From positions 21,452,001 to 21,516,000 of the forward strand of contig CDPCPM010000005.1 of assembly GCA_976551045.1 (NCBI GenBank): a stretch of DNA of 64,000 nt. The letters are read 5' to 3'. Of this stretch, positions 26,631 to 39,171 are shown piece after piece. The notes under the pieces were generated by a model, which saw only the letters and a program-made list of their open reading frames with translations, did no database searches and was not told where the DNA came from. Position numbers and translations under genes: made by a program. The stretch's first letter is position 1. Each line of letters opens with the position of its first letter. Source of the DNA: Glaucostegus cemiculus (taxonomy: Eukaryota).

Positions 26631-26999
26631 GCTGCACAGTATTATTGCACCCTCCACCTGTACTACCACACAGAATAAAAAATCTGCAGAAATTCAGATA
26701 CATATTTCTAGAGTTTTATTGGCTCCAGATGACTCTCATAGACTAGTTGAGATGAGTGCCTACCCCTTTTCTTCTATTGTAATTTGAATTGATCTAATTC
26801 TAGCATATTTAACTTTAAAGGCATGTTGGATGTAGACTGAAGAGTGTTTGAGCTCCAATCACCTTTCACAATGTCTTGAAAGTTATAACAAATCACACTA
26901 TTTCCACATAAACACATCATAGAATATTGTAGTATAGCAGGTGTCCTATTGACTGTTAGTCTCATAAGTGAGAGCAACCTATGTGGGGAAGGAGGAGGA

Positions 27000-29900
27000 T
27001 TGTCCCGTCACGATGCAGAGCAATATTGAACACATTCCAAAATAAACTGTTTACTGTCTAATTGCACATGGCAACCAGCAATAATTCTTCCTCAAAATAA
27101 GTTTAAAATCGTTTGCGGGATCTTCCAGATAATCCTGAAACAGACTTGCCACAAATCTCCATGATGACCAATTGTTCCAGGTGTCACTCAAATTTCAAAG
27201 ACGCAGTACCACATGAACCGAATATTCCAAGCTAAAATAATCACAGGTAAGAATACAATTTCTAGTTTCTCTCAGCAAATAGAAGTCCATCTGTGTGGTT
27301 ATTCCGCATTCATCTTACTATCCTTGTGCAATGTTTAATTGCAACATGAATTGAAAGTATTGAAAGCGATGAGCACGTGTACATGTGTTTCTGTGTGATG
27401 CGGACTGAACGTCGAGGCTTCCCGCGGCTGTACCCAGCTCCCCTGCCTGCTCACTGCAGTCTATCAATCACGGCAGGATAATGCATAGTGGCTGCACCTA
27501 TGACAGGTAATGATTGAGTGCTGTACCCGAGCCCTCTATACATGTGGTTCTCTGCTTTTGTCTTGCTTTGGGCCAGTTTCGTGCCTTTTCTTTTATTCCG
27601 CCTTGCATTCGACGAAATTATTTTTTTAAAACACAAGCTGTTTCTTGTTACCACATGTTCAATACTGTACAGCAACAGTTAAATTACGCATTAATAAAGT
27701 GAATTGTTAAACGTTAATGACTTGCGGTCTGGGCTTTGCAGAAAGAGTTCTGTCACCTAATATACACAATGTGGGCTCTGATTATTTGGTACAGAGAATA
27801 ATTACCGTTTTAATGAACAATATCCTGTTAGTGATTTGATTAGTAAACGAATTCCCTTTGTAGTTTTTAAACTCACTTTCTCATGCGTAACGCGCAGTAA
27901 AATAATTTCTGCAAAGTACAGGAGAAAACGACATAGCGAACTACATCGAAGTTCTTTCCCAAATAAGGGTAACACTGGAAGGTGAGGTGTTGGCTATTTT
28001 GATTTAAGAGACGCGCTACACGGTGGGTTGAGAGTCAGCAAATTTCGTTTGCTCTCGAATGATGACAAAATGATCATTGAACCCAATTAATTTTGGAACG
28101 TTTAAAGAAAGGATTTCAAAACATTATATGCCGAGAACGGTTCAAGCAAAATTATGGTGCACAGAAGATCAACGTGACTATTAAATAAATGTTGGGGGTG
28201 GGGTGGCATAAGCCTGTCACGCCCAGGTATGTGATATAAATTAAGAAAGGGCTTTTGGTCAGGTTTAAAGCAAAGGTCAGCATTGCTTCCCCGGATCTGA
28301 CTAGTTGATGTTGATTTGTTGATCTGTAATGACATGAGCCATCAGGTAATTTCAAGCAAGTCAGTCTCCCCTGTTCGAATGTAGTCAATATTTGCCAGAA
28401 GATATTAATCCAGATTAATTATATAAAACACCGTGCAAATAAATAATAGAAGTCGTGTTTACAGTTTGAAAGCATCTGAAATACAGCCTGTACGCTAGGT
28501 AACCGGATTAGTAAGTGTTAGTATGTGTTGATGGGGAAGTAGATATTAGAGTCAGGTCGTCAAACTGTAATTTAGAAAACAATGTTAACATTTCCTTCGC
28601 TGACCTCTCACTTTATAAAATAAAAACCGTACGTGTCTGCAGTGGAATTATTTTAACAAATGATGAATGTGCATGGCGAAATTACCATTTATAGCTAAAT
28701 GTTTCAGCAAATCGCTGATGGTTTGCCTTTCCCCTTTTGGGAAGCTATAAAAAGGAACTATTATGGCTGATAGTTGGCTATAAGTTTTCACAATCACCGC
28801 CGGTTTCGAAACTGGCCGTCTTTAAAAAGGAACATCTGGGGAATGTGCCATATGTTAAAGCTTTGTCTTGTCCTTCAAAGTTAGACTGCCCTTGAAGTGA
28901 TTTGTCAGTGGGGCTAAAGTGACAGAAAGAATATGTGTTGCAGCGGGCTGGGTGGAGAAAGTGTGCTCGTGGCTGCCTCTGCAGTCAGCCACTGAACTGA
29001 TTAGGGTGTAATTAAAGCCTTAAAGCTTTCAGATGATCCACCTGGTTATTTGCTAAGTCACCAGCTAATCAGCCAAATGAGCTGTTCCAGTGTGCACATC
29101 GGGCCAAGAGCTATACTGATTAATGAAGTTTATTGGGAGCTGTTAACGGCATTAACTGGAGAAAATCTATGTAATTCGTCATATTTAGTGAGGGAAATTA
29201 AATCTCTGCATGCAAATGAGAACTGGCAACACTCGTGCACACACACACAATCTTTGAGGTTAAGAATCTGCAAGTATGCATACTGCACACGGGGTACGTC
29301 GAGATAATTCTGTAATGTATTTAGTGGTTAATGTGTATTACATGTACAGTACACCAGATCTAAGTGAATAAAACAGCGGTTCGCAGAGTGAGGTTCTGTA
29401 TGGTGGGTTGGTAAAGAAAAAGGATTAAAAATAAAACAACATTTTATTCAAAGACATCAGTTATATACTTTGCTAATTTAAATCGAGAATAAACATTTTA
29501 AATGATGTGAATTGGTTCTGCCCCCGAACAAGACACGTAGGGCAAAACTCCTTGGAGAAAAGTATAGTTTATTCATTGAGGCTGGTAAAGGTTGGATACA
29601 ACCAACGGTTTCTATAATTTGGTTTCTTCCCCCCACATTGGAGGTTACAGTGCAAACTTTACACGATACTCAAATTAATTAACCCTTTTGCTCTTCAGTA
29701 AAGCGGTATCCAACACATTATTGAAATTTGCACCAGCCACGTGTTTGGAAATGTGCAGACATACTGACGAGGACGTTAGTGGGCGCTTCATCTCTTCACG
29801 CTCCTGCCGCGTCCCAGTAACACACTTCTGAACACATTTTGTCAATGGTTTACAGATCTGTGAGAAACTCGTTTCAAATAGACAATACCTTCATGTGCAA

Positions 29901-30000
29901 AACCATTTAACCTGGGCCATTTTCATTTCTGTTGTTTCGCTGCGTAAAGCAGGGAAAAGATGTAAAGCAAGCCTTAGGCTTGGACAATACATCTGCCCAC
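27000..30000. promoter_or_regulatory. CpG-enriched, repeat-poor putative promoter/enhancer domain
   Basis: About 13 CpGs in 27361-27660, against about 2 in 36001-36600 (hand count). E-boxes CACGTG near 27374 and 29738. No recognisable transposon sequence. Confidence 0.5.
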
Positions 30001-30327
30001 ACAATGCAAGTAAGGGCATCAGAGAAGTGCAAGTGAATCTGAAAAGACATATCAATCAACAATGCATTAGAGCATTTGAAAAGGAATGTCAACATTTAAC
30101 TGATACATTGCAACAAAATAAATTGACATGAAGTTTAAAATAGTCTGTAAATTTTTATTCTCAAATAGAAGTTTTAATTGAGGGATGGCAAATGATGTAA
30201 ATAAACACCGTCTTGCAAAACACTGGTGTATTGCAATATGGTTATGATACAGTGTTCAAGAAAATTGTTTATTAATTAACCACGAACAAACAATTTGCAC
30301 TATTCAAGTAAACCTGGGTCCCACATA

Positions 30328-30377
30328 CTGTTGCTGGCAACAGCAAATGTAAGAGTCTTCAATGGCCCTTGACGTCA
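30328..30377. promoter_or_regulatory. RFX X-box-like palindrome plus a perfect CRE
   Basis: ctgttgc-tg-gcaacag at 30328-30343 and TGACGTCA at 30370-30377. Confidence 0.4.
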
Positions 30378-32904
30378 GTTGGCCACGACTATGGTTTGAA
30401 GGCAAAGTCTGCTCAATCAATGCAGGAAACAAGCAGTTTTCAAGAGAAAACCAAACAATGCTCTTATATCCTTTCTCCTGTTGCAAAACCCTGATGACAG
30501 CAAATTTAGGCAAATCCTTTATTTATTGTCTCTGGAACCACTCCAGTACAAGAAAGTTCTTTCCATCAATGACAAAATCTCCTTCATTTATACACATGAT
30601 CAAACAGCTTTCTGTCACATGACAGCTACTTGCTGCCTACCACATTCATTACACATTAACCTTTACCACACCAATCTTTTTTAACAATGTCAATTGCACA
30701 TGTCACAAGATTTTGACAAACAATGTGGAATGTATCCTATCACTATTCTAAACTGATTACTAAGTTATTGCTGTCTTCCACATCATACTGCAGCATGGCA
30801 TAACAGGTTAAGTCTCCTTCAAAAATCTACCCTTTCACTTTCTCACACATAAAAATAGCACATAGATACTCACAAAATTAAAAGTTTTGTGCATTTAAAG
30901 ATAACTAGAAATATTCATAAATGTGAAGAAAGTCTGTTACTTGTTGAGTGGAGATATGAAACTATGCCAGCAGAGGAGATTCACATAGATTTGGAACGGA
31001 AATTCTCCCAAAGCTTGAGAAAACAGAATCTACAAATATTTTAAAGAAGTTATATAACTGTTTTACAGTTAAAAGCAAGTATATCCAACCATTTTTAATA
31101 AAGAGGCGCCTTTGGATTAGTGATGCTGTGTGTTACTAAAGCCTCCAAAGTAAATAATAGTTCAAGCATTGCATCTGGAAAGTGGGAAACCCATAAAGAC
31201 CTGATTTCTCAGGAATGTAACAGAGATTTGCAAAGTGCAAGAGATCTTGAGGTCACTATTACTGAGTAGAAGCAAGTGACATGAGGTTAAAAATCTATAT
31301 GAACAAAAATCACATGTATCCCTGATTTAGTACTGGTGTCATGTACAAGGCTTGAGTACAGGGTGGACAGATTCAGGACACCAGAATGTATTGTATTTCA
31401 GCAGATTTGTCAATTTTGTTGGTGGGAGAGTAAATAGATCTTGCCTACAACAGGTAGAAGCTGTTTTATTTTATTGGACTTTTAAACTAATGTAACATAT
31501 ATTTTGTATGCATTTCCAATTAATGTCTTACAGAGGAATAACATTTTGAACAGAATTAGAACATTGTCACACAGGAAAGAGCAGGGACAATGCTATTACC
31601 ACTTGGCCTTTGTCCATGTTTAAAAATCACAAGATGATAATAAATATTCATGAGCATTCCCAGAAGCTAAAACTTTTGGTTGTGCCCAAAATAATCATGC
31701 TAGCTGCAGGAGTAACTTTATTACGATCTGAAGAACCATATATTACTTACCAGATGCTGTGGCATTTTAAGAAAAAGTGTGCCCAATTAATCAAACAACA
31801 CATTTCAATAATGTTTTAGAAACTCTTTTGCATGCACTCTGAGCCACACATTTTGCAGGAAATATTCCTGGCTGCAATAAACATTTTCATTGTTAAGAGG
31901 AATATCACTGGCTAGCCTTCTGTTGTGCAGTTTGATTTGCCCCAATCAATAGATGTGCACACCCATTCAGAGGCAAAAGTGCTATGATAAAGGGGATATT
32001 TTGCACAACATGGCAATGCTTAATTTGAATGATATTACACTTAATTTTATCAGTGAATAAATTATATGAAGTGATTAAATTCAGGTAGAGTTTTCCTTTA
32101 AAGGAAAATCACCTTGTTAGCCACATATCCTGTTATTTTTCATGTTCTTAAATTGCAGCTGTTGCAAGTAAGAAATGGAAACATGTTTATCTCTTTTCAG
32201 TTAAATTACTTTATGCCTGACAGAATGACAAGAACATTTCATTTTTGTTTAAGTAGGAGTGTAAAGCAATGAAGTTAAGTGGCAAGATGTGTCCATTTTA
32301 AATATAACAGCAAAATCATTTTAAAGGACGCTATGGTGTTTATAGCCCAAGGTCCTGGTTTTGCGAGGTCATTAAAGAAGACAGAGAATCCAATAAATGC
32401 TGCAATTATTGCCTTAACAAACTGGTGCAAGTTATAATTCAAGTTTAATGAAAAATTAAAATGCTATAATCTTAAAATGTAAAAGATTTTGTGTAACTCT
32501 CTCTATAACATGGCTTATTAATTTTCAGAGCCTTTTAATCAAGCTGAGGATAGAAAATAAAATTTAAAAAACAGATTATTATTGGTTTAAAGGACATGTC
32601 CTGTTCAAGGTTGGGTTTTAGGCTGCATTTCCAGGGGCTTATTATACTGTCACTTATTATAACTACCACACAATCTTTAGTGGGACTACTACCAGATTTA
32701 AAAATGAAACTGAATTCTTACTCTAATGTAGTCAATTTCTATCACTGGATAGAGCCTCTATTTCTCAAGCTACCTTTGGAAGCTGAACTAACTGTGTTAA
32801 AATGAGCTAGACCCTCTTGGAAGCTTTCTCTATTAATGAAATAGCCATAAACAATGTGTGATATTAATGGCCACAGAATATTAGGCAATGTTAATGGAAA
32901 TCAA

Positions 32905-33145
32905 AAAGCACACCGCAGAGGTTGCAAATGTGATTTTAAAATAGAAAACACTGGAAGTACTCAGAAGAAGATTCTTCTTTCCTGCACAACTTCAGTCAAC
33001 TGAGAAACAGAGTTAGATATTTTCAGGTCAATGACCCTTCTTCAGTTCTGGTGAAGGGTCATCAACCTGAAAAGATAACTCTGTTTATCTCTGCACAGAT
33101 ACTTCCTGATCTACTGGGTATTTCCAACATTTTCCATTGTTATGT
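32905..33145. mobile_element. Palindromic pair of Penelope-type terminal repeats
   Basis: 33003-33045 and 33048-33090 are imperfect reverse complements around cag-tt-ctg. The outer segments gaaaacactggaagtactcag / ctgggtatttccaacattttc also pair. Confidence 0.75.
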
Positions 33146-34544
33146 TAGCAGAAAATCTATTGTGTTCCTCCATTGGTGGAAATTTGGTAGGGTCTTCATT
33201 GCTTGCATCCTCTAATTGTATTACCTTCAGTTCATCCCATGAAGAATGAGTATGCAAAGCAAAAGGAACATAAATTTTTAAAATATAAAAAGGTATGCTT
33301 ATAAACAAGTAGTCAATTCACCCAGCTTCTATCATCCTGACAAATCATATTTACATACCCCCTGTCTTGATTCCAAATTCATTTTCTTTGCTTCCAACTG
33401 AGAAAGGAATCTGTTCATTTTCTTCGTCCATGTTTTAATGATTGTTCCTGGTAAGAGAAATATAATGCTTATGCATGATTGTGCACCAATTTCATCCTGT
33501 GTTCATTCCACAAAAATTACTTTTTCCTCAACCTTATTTGTCCCCCATATAACTTAAAAGAAAAACTTGCCTCAAATGCAATTCCATTTCCATCTCTGAT
33601 CTCCTTTGTCTTTCTTTAAACAGAAACAGAATGTGCCAGGACTGAGCATTTTCCCTATTGCTTCACTTTGAAGCCTTATTAATAGCATCTCAGAATATGA
33701 CTGGACTCAGGACTTCATCTGTGATGCAAACAATGCTTGAAATTGTCAATATTGTTTTCCTGTAATTGTAATGTATGAGTTTTCCCACATATTCACATTT
33801 GATCACTATTTAGTTTCCACATATAGTTAATTTGCTCACTCAAATATATGTCCTGCTTTGCTTTATTTAATATGCAACCCCTTATTGTGAAATTATGTTG
33901 CTATTTTCTCATATAATTTATATTTCATAATAATAAATACCATTTATTATTTAGCTGCCTAAGTGTCTGCAGATTACTTCAAATACCAATTGACTGGTAG
34001 GCCCTTCTTTCCTACACATCTTGGCACCTATAAACAAAGAAGATTTATTTACATTAGTCAAGGTCACTAATTAATTTTGTAGTAATGAATCCTGGACCAA
34101 TCTTCAGAAAAACCATGCTAATAGCAGTTATGCAGTAAAACTATTAAGCTGATAACTAAACTGCACTATCTTTTATCTGGACAATTACTGTAAGTTACAA
34201 CTTTATCTTTAGATCCCATGACCCATCACTTTGCTCATTACAGATCCTATGGCAGACTTTATTCTTTGCTTTCTTAAAGTTAATTGAATCATTAACTCAA
34301 TGATGTGCTCTTTAGCCATGACTTGCTTTTCATAATTCACACTGACTTAGAATTACTGCTCGTTTTGCAACATAAATGTCTAAGCTGAGAAAAATCATTA
34401 ATTATCAAAATTGTAGTGGGTACATATTACAGCAGTGTCACAAAACCTCTTACAGCAGTTCTAATTTCATTTAGTAGTTTTAATGTAACAAGTCCCAAAA
34501 TTCTCTGAATATTCATCAAATTGTTCAGAAAGTTCACCAAAGGC

Positions 34545-34972
34545 TCAGCGGGCATTAGTCTTCCCTCTGAGCCAGGGACCTGAACAAAAAAAGATGAAGC
34601 CTACCCCTCCAAGCTAAACTCTGAATAATCACTGTGGCATTGAAAGGTATTTATCTTTCAGATGAAGCTTAAATCAAGTATCCAAGGTCCACTTATTCTT
34701 GGGTGAACATAGCAGATTGCATGCTTATGTTTTGTAAAAAAGCATTAGAGTTCCCTCAATTATCTTAGTTGTCATTTATCTCTTGACCACTGTTTAAAAT
34801 CAAATTATCCAGTCTTTACAGGTGGCTCTTTAAGGAACCCACTTGTGTGCAAGTTACTTGCCACATTTCCTGCATTGCAGCAGGAACATTCATTACTTCA
34901 AAAGCTATTTCATTAGTTGTTATGGACATCTTGAGTTGGTGAAAGATGTTACAGGTGAATTTTTATTCTTTT
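34545..34972 (+). mobile_element. Highly degraded DeuSINE-like (SacSINE1/AmnSINE1-type) element
   Basis: tctttcagatgaagcttaaatcaag...cttgtgtgcaagttacttgccacatttcctgcattgcagcag...acttcaaaagctatttcattagttgt follows the Deu-domain and 3' layout as I recall it. A second 3' fragment lies at about 35200-35270. Confidence 0.55.
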
Positions 34973-35489
34973 ATTGCTCATGTTATGTTATTACAAGCTA
35001 CTATTTTCTGCAGAAATTAAAAGTTGTTTTCAGCTACCTTAATTATGGGCCTCATAATGCCACTAATTAGTTTTTGCATTGGTGCAGTAATTTTTTTACT
35101 GGAAACCATAATTTGGCTGAGTGCAACAATCAGTTCAATAACAGTTGACAAACTATTGAATACAACATAGTTAATACAATAAGCTATAATACCCCTATGC
35201 TATAACAGTGACAACAGTTTAGAAAACACTACTTTGGCTGCAAAGCACTTTGGGGTATCTTGAATTGCCCCATATACTTGCAAGTTCATTTCCATTCTAA
35301 TATAATTAAAGAATACAATCATGATAATGCAATTGATGCATGCAGTAACTAATTTAGTGGGAAGCATTATTGCCATACTAAACCCATAATAAATTTTAGT
35401 AAGCAACTTCAGTTTTCTAACCAAATCTGGAAGTTGATACAATAATTTGTTTCATCTAATCAGGAAAAGGAAAATATGTAACTCCACAC

Positions 35490-35800
35490 ACAGTGTTGGT
35501 TTACATGGACCATCACAACTGATCTACCTCATATCACTTCCCAACACTAACCCATATCCTTTGTTTCCCTTAATATCCAGAAATCTATTAACCTTTCTTC
35601 TGAATGAACACAATGATAGAGGCTCTCAACCCTCCAAGGTAAATAATTTCAAAGCCCTACCATCCTTTGAGTAAAAAAAAACATGTCCTAATCAGTCCTA
35701 AATGCCCTACCTTTTATTCTGAGACTGCTCAACCAAGGGAAACATGCTTCCTGCATCTATCCCGTTGAGATCTGTAAGAATTTTCTTAGTTTCAATGAGA
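35490..35800 (-). mobile_element. Old CR1-like LINE 3' fragment
   Basis: cccatatcctttgtttcccttaatatccagaaatctat...tgtaagaattttcttagtttcaatgaga (LIET.KIL on the minus strand). Confidence 0.65.
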
Positions 35801-38217
35801 AATACATTAATTAGTTTTAATTGTTCATTAATTAAGTGCATTAATTAGTTTTAAATGCCCTTAATTTAATTGTTTAAATTTTTAAAAATTATAAATACTG
35901 GCTACTCAAAGACCTACAGGTGTGAGGGTAAATTTAGAATACATAATGTAAAAGCAGTAAATGCTTAAAACATTCAACAAGTAAGGCAGCATCTGTGGAC
36001 GGCAAAAGATCATAACTCATTTCTCTTTCTGGAGGTGTTGTGGAGTTTTTTTTACTTTTTTTTTAGTTTTTATTTCTGGTTGACAACATCCGCAGTACTT
36101 TGCTACCATTGCAGTGTAAATTCTAAGATTATATGCTACCCCATTTCTATGATATCTAAATAGTGATCCCAGTCCTGGCTGCTATTACAGATTTTAAACT
36201 CCTCTCCCTGTCTCTGCTATACAGATATATTTTAGGCAGGAGCTGGAAAGAACCTTGGGTTTGAGGAAAAGAGTGATATAAATATTACAAAAACTACCTC
36301 TGCTTCAACCATTGCTGTGACAATTATATATATTTTTATTTTCATACAAAATTTTTAGCAATTGTTATTATTGTATATTTTAATAGTATATTTTCTCTTC
36401 AACTGTGGTTTGTTTTATTTTCCTTCCCCTTTATTTTGTTCCTTGATCTTAACTAATTAGTTCTGATTCTTAATGTTGGCATAATATTTACATATGGTGC
36501 ATATTGCATTTGCACACCCTCTGTCATGTAAATGAAAAGTGATTTTTGAAATATCTTCTTTTCAAGTTACCATTGCTACCTCCCCAGTTCTTCCCTCAGT
36601 GCTCTAAAACTGGCTTTCAATTAATCCTCACCACAATATCAAACCTAATGATATTATAATTGCTGATACACAGTTTTCTCCAGCCCACAAATTTGCCACC
36701 ATCTTAGGCACACTCCTAAATACTAACTCAACCATAGCGTCTTCTCTGATTCCCCTTTTAACCTGCTGCACCACAAAGCAGTCTTGTATTAACTCAATAA
36801 ATTTGCCTCCTCCTTTTGAAGAATCCCCAACCTCATCCTGCTTTAATTTCGAGTAATTAAAATCGCGCAGAATTAAACCCTCCCTTTCTTTGATGCAGCC
36901 TTTATTTACTTGGATAATTCTATATCATTTTTTTCCTCTTTTGCCCTGGTGGACTACAGCACTTCCCAGTTATTAATTTGCTTCCTTTGCTGTTGCAGTT
37001 TTCCACTTAAATTGACTCAGACCTCCCCTCATCTGAGGTTAAATCAACTATTTCAATAACTGTCAGATCCTCCTTACCGACAAAACTTCCCCTCACCCAC
37101 CCTGTTTTCCTCTTCATTCCATATATTTTAAACCCTGCTAAATGAAACTCATTTTAAGATAACATTGCTGTCAAAGGGCTTACATTGGTTGATTATATTG
37201 CTACAAAGTGCGATAAGACATTTGGTAATTCTCTACAGATGTGCTGCTTTTTCATTGCTGACATTCCCTGGTATGTCAAACAGCCTGAGGTTGTTATTTA
37301 AAACAATTTATATGCAATGATGTATATCAATGCTACATTATTCTGATTGAGATTTAAGTTTATATATTGTAGAGTATGAACAGAGATGAATCTTTAGCTG
37401 TTATGCATAGCTTGTATATGAATCCTGTAACAAAGTTAGACTATTGAATTTAAGATATTTGGATGGTTATCTGTGGTATTTGAATAATTCTAAATGTATA
37501 ATTCAATTATGTAGATTATTTGGAAATGCACATGAAAAATCAACACTGTAGTAACTAAACCCTGCTTCGTTCTGAATTAACAAATAAAAAGCTTAGTCTT
37601 ACCTAGAAATAGGTGATATACAGATAATGAGCAATCTGCTATATTAACAATGCTCACAGTGAAAATGGACAGTGCATTGCAGTGTTACATAAATCTAAGA
37701 CAATAGAAAACCGTGGAAGAGAATGGAGAATTAATTTAACTGTAAATTACATTCAGCATCTACTTAAATCAAAATCGGTTATGTAGGAATATACCTTATT
37801 TTAATTTTTAATTTGCAATTTTAAAATATTTGTCTTTGCTTATCTTAATTAGGAGAGCTGAGTTATAGTTACTGAGATTTTAACAATACCATACTTGATT
37901 TTACTTTCATTGCAGTTTATGGTCCCTACTTATTTCTCAAAAGGCTTTGCTTCACTATTGTGTACAACGAAGGGACAGAATTTCAATTTATATGCCACTG
38001 ACATTATCCAGTAATTTTGATATCACTTTACTCTGCCATTGCTAGGGAAACTTGACCCAGCACTATTAGAACAGTCACTGAGACTTGTACATTGGCAGAA
38101 CCTTTTCCACTTCTTGACGTGAACAAATTGACCTGGTCCTATTCAATACACAATTTGGCTTGCAACAGATAGACAAGAAAATTGACTCCCTCATTAATTT
38201 GCTATTATACTAAACTA

Positions 38218-38523
38218 CCATCTGCTCCTCTCAGCCTAGGGATGGCACCATTCTGACCTCCTTTGGATCTTCTGATAGTCAACCCAATGGGATTTCTTGG
38301 GTAACCTTAACCATCCACTTGCTTGATGTGTTATTCTTGGAGCCTGACCCTATGGAGGACCTTAATTAATGGCCAATACCAAAATTTGACTTCATGTCAT
38401 CCAATGTTCTACAAAAATCAACTGCAGCAAATTTAACAATTAGCATTCTGATTCAAAAATATTTAATACATTAATAATGTTCACTCATATTTATTGACTG
38501 AAGCCACATTAAATGATAAATTG
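38218..38523 (+). repeat. Left arm of a 306-bp inverted duplication (probable donor)
   Basis: Reverse complement of 39395-39700; 2 mismatches found by eye. Confidence 0.95.
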
Positions 38524-39171
38524 TTTTGCTCGATAATAGTGCACCTGTATAGACTATTATTTATCTTCCAGTGGCAGTGCCATAAGGTTACTTTGTGTCC
38601 TATGCTTTTTTGCACGCACTCTGGAAAATGTGCTGTGCGTTGATGCTGAATCTTATTGAAATAATAAATTTTTCAGCTTTGTAACATTTGTTATTATCCC
38701 TTCAAGTATACCATGTAATATGCTACAATCATAGTAATTACCTTGTACAATTCATATATTGTTTACAAAATCCGAAAGCTTCTGTGTGATTCCATCGTAG
38801 TAATTGTTATTAGATTACAAATTTCTCAACCATATCAGAAGCTAAGTGACAGATTTGTGACTAAGGATTTTTCTTACCAAAAGAAGTAGTCAAACTCGAT
38901 TTGAAATGAACCATGTTTGAACACATTTATGATTAAAAATAAATATTTGATTGAAAATTTAATCTTTTCTCCCCTTTTTTCCAATTTCTTACTTGTCCTG
39001 TGAGTGCTAATTTTCTAAAGCTTACAATGAACAGAACAACTTTAGCTTTGATTGCAAGAGATATTGGCCATATTTATGAATCATTATAGATTATGATTAC
39101 CTGTTGTTACTACACCATTGTTAAGCATTTTATTGAGGATATATAATAACTGAGCAGGAATAAGCCTATTC

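Noticed and set aside
29764-29822. CTGACGA followed by a ggacg...cgtcc stem as a hammerhead ribozyme
   Set aside because: The stem is followed by cagtaac rather than GAAA, and no helix I/III pairing is evident.
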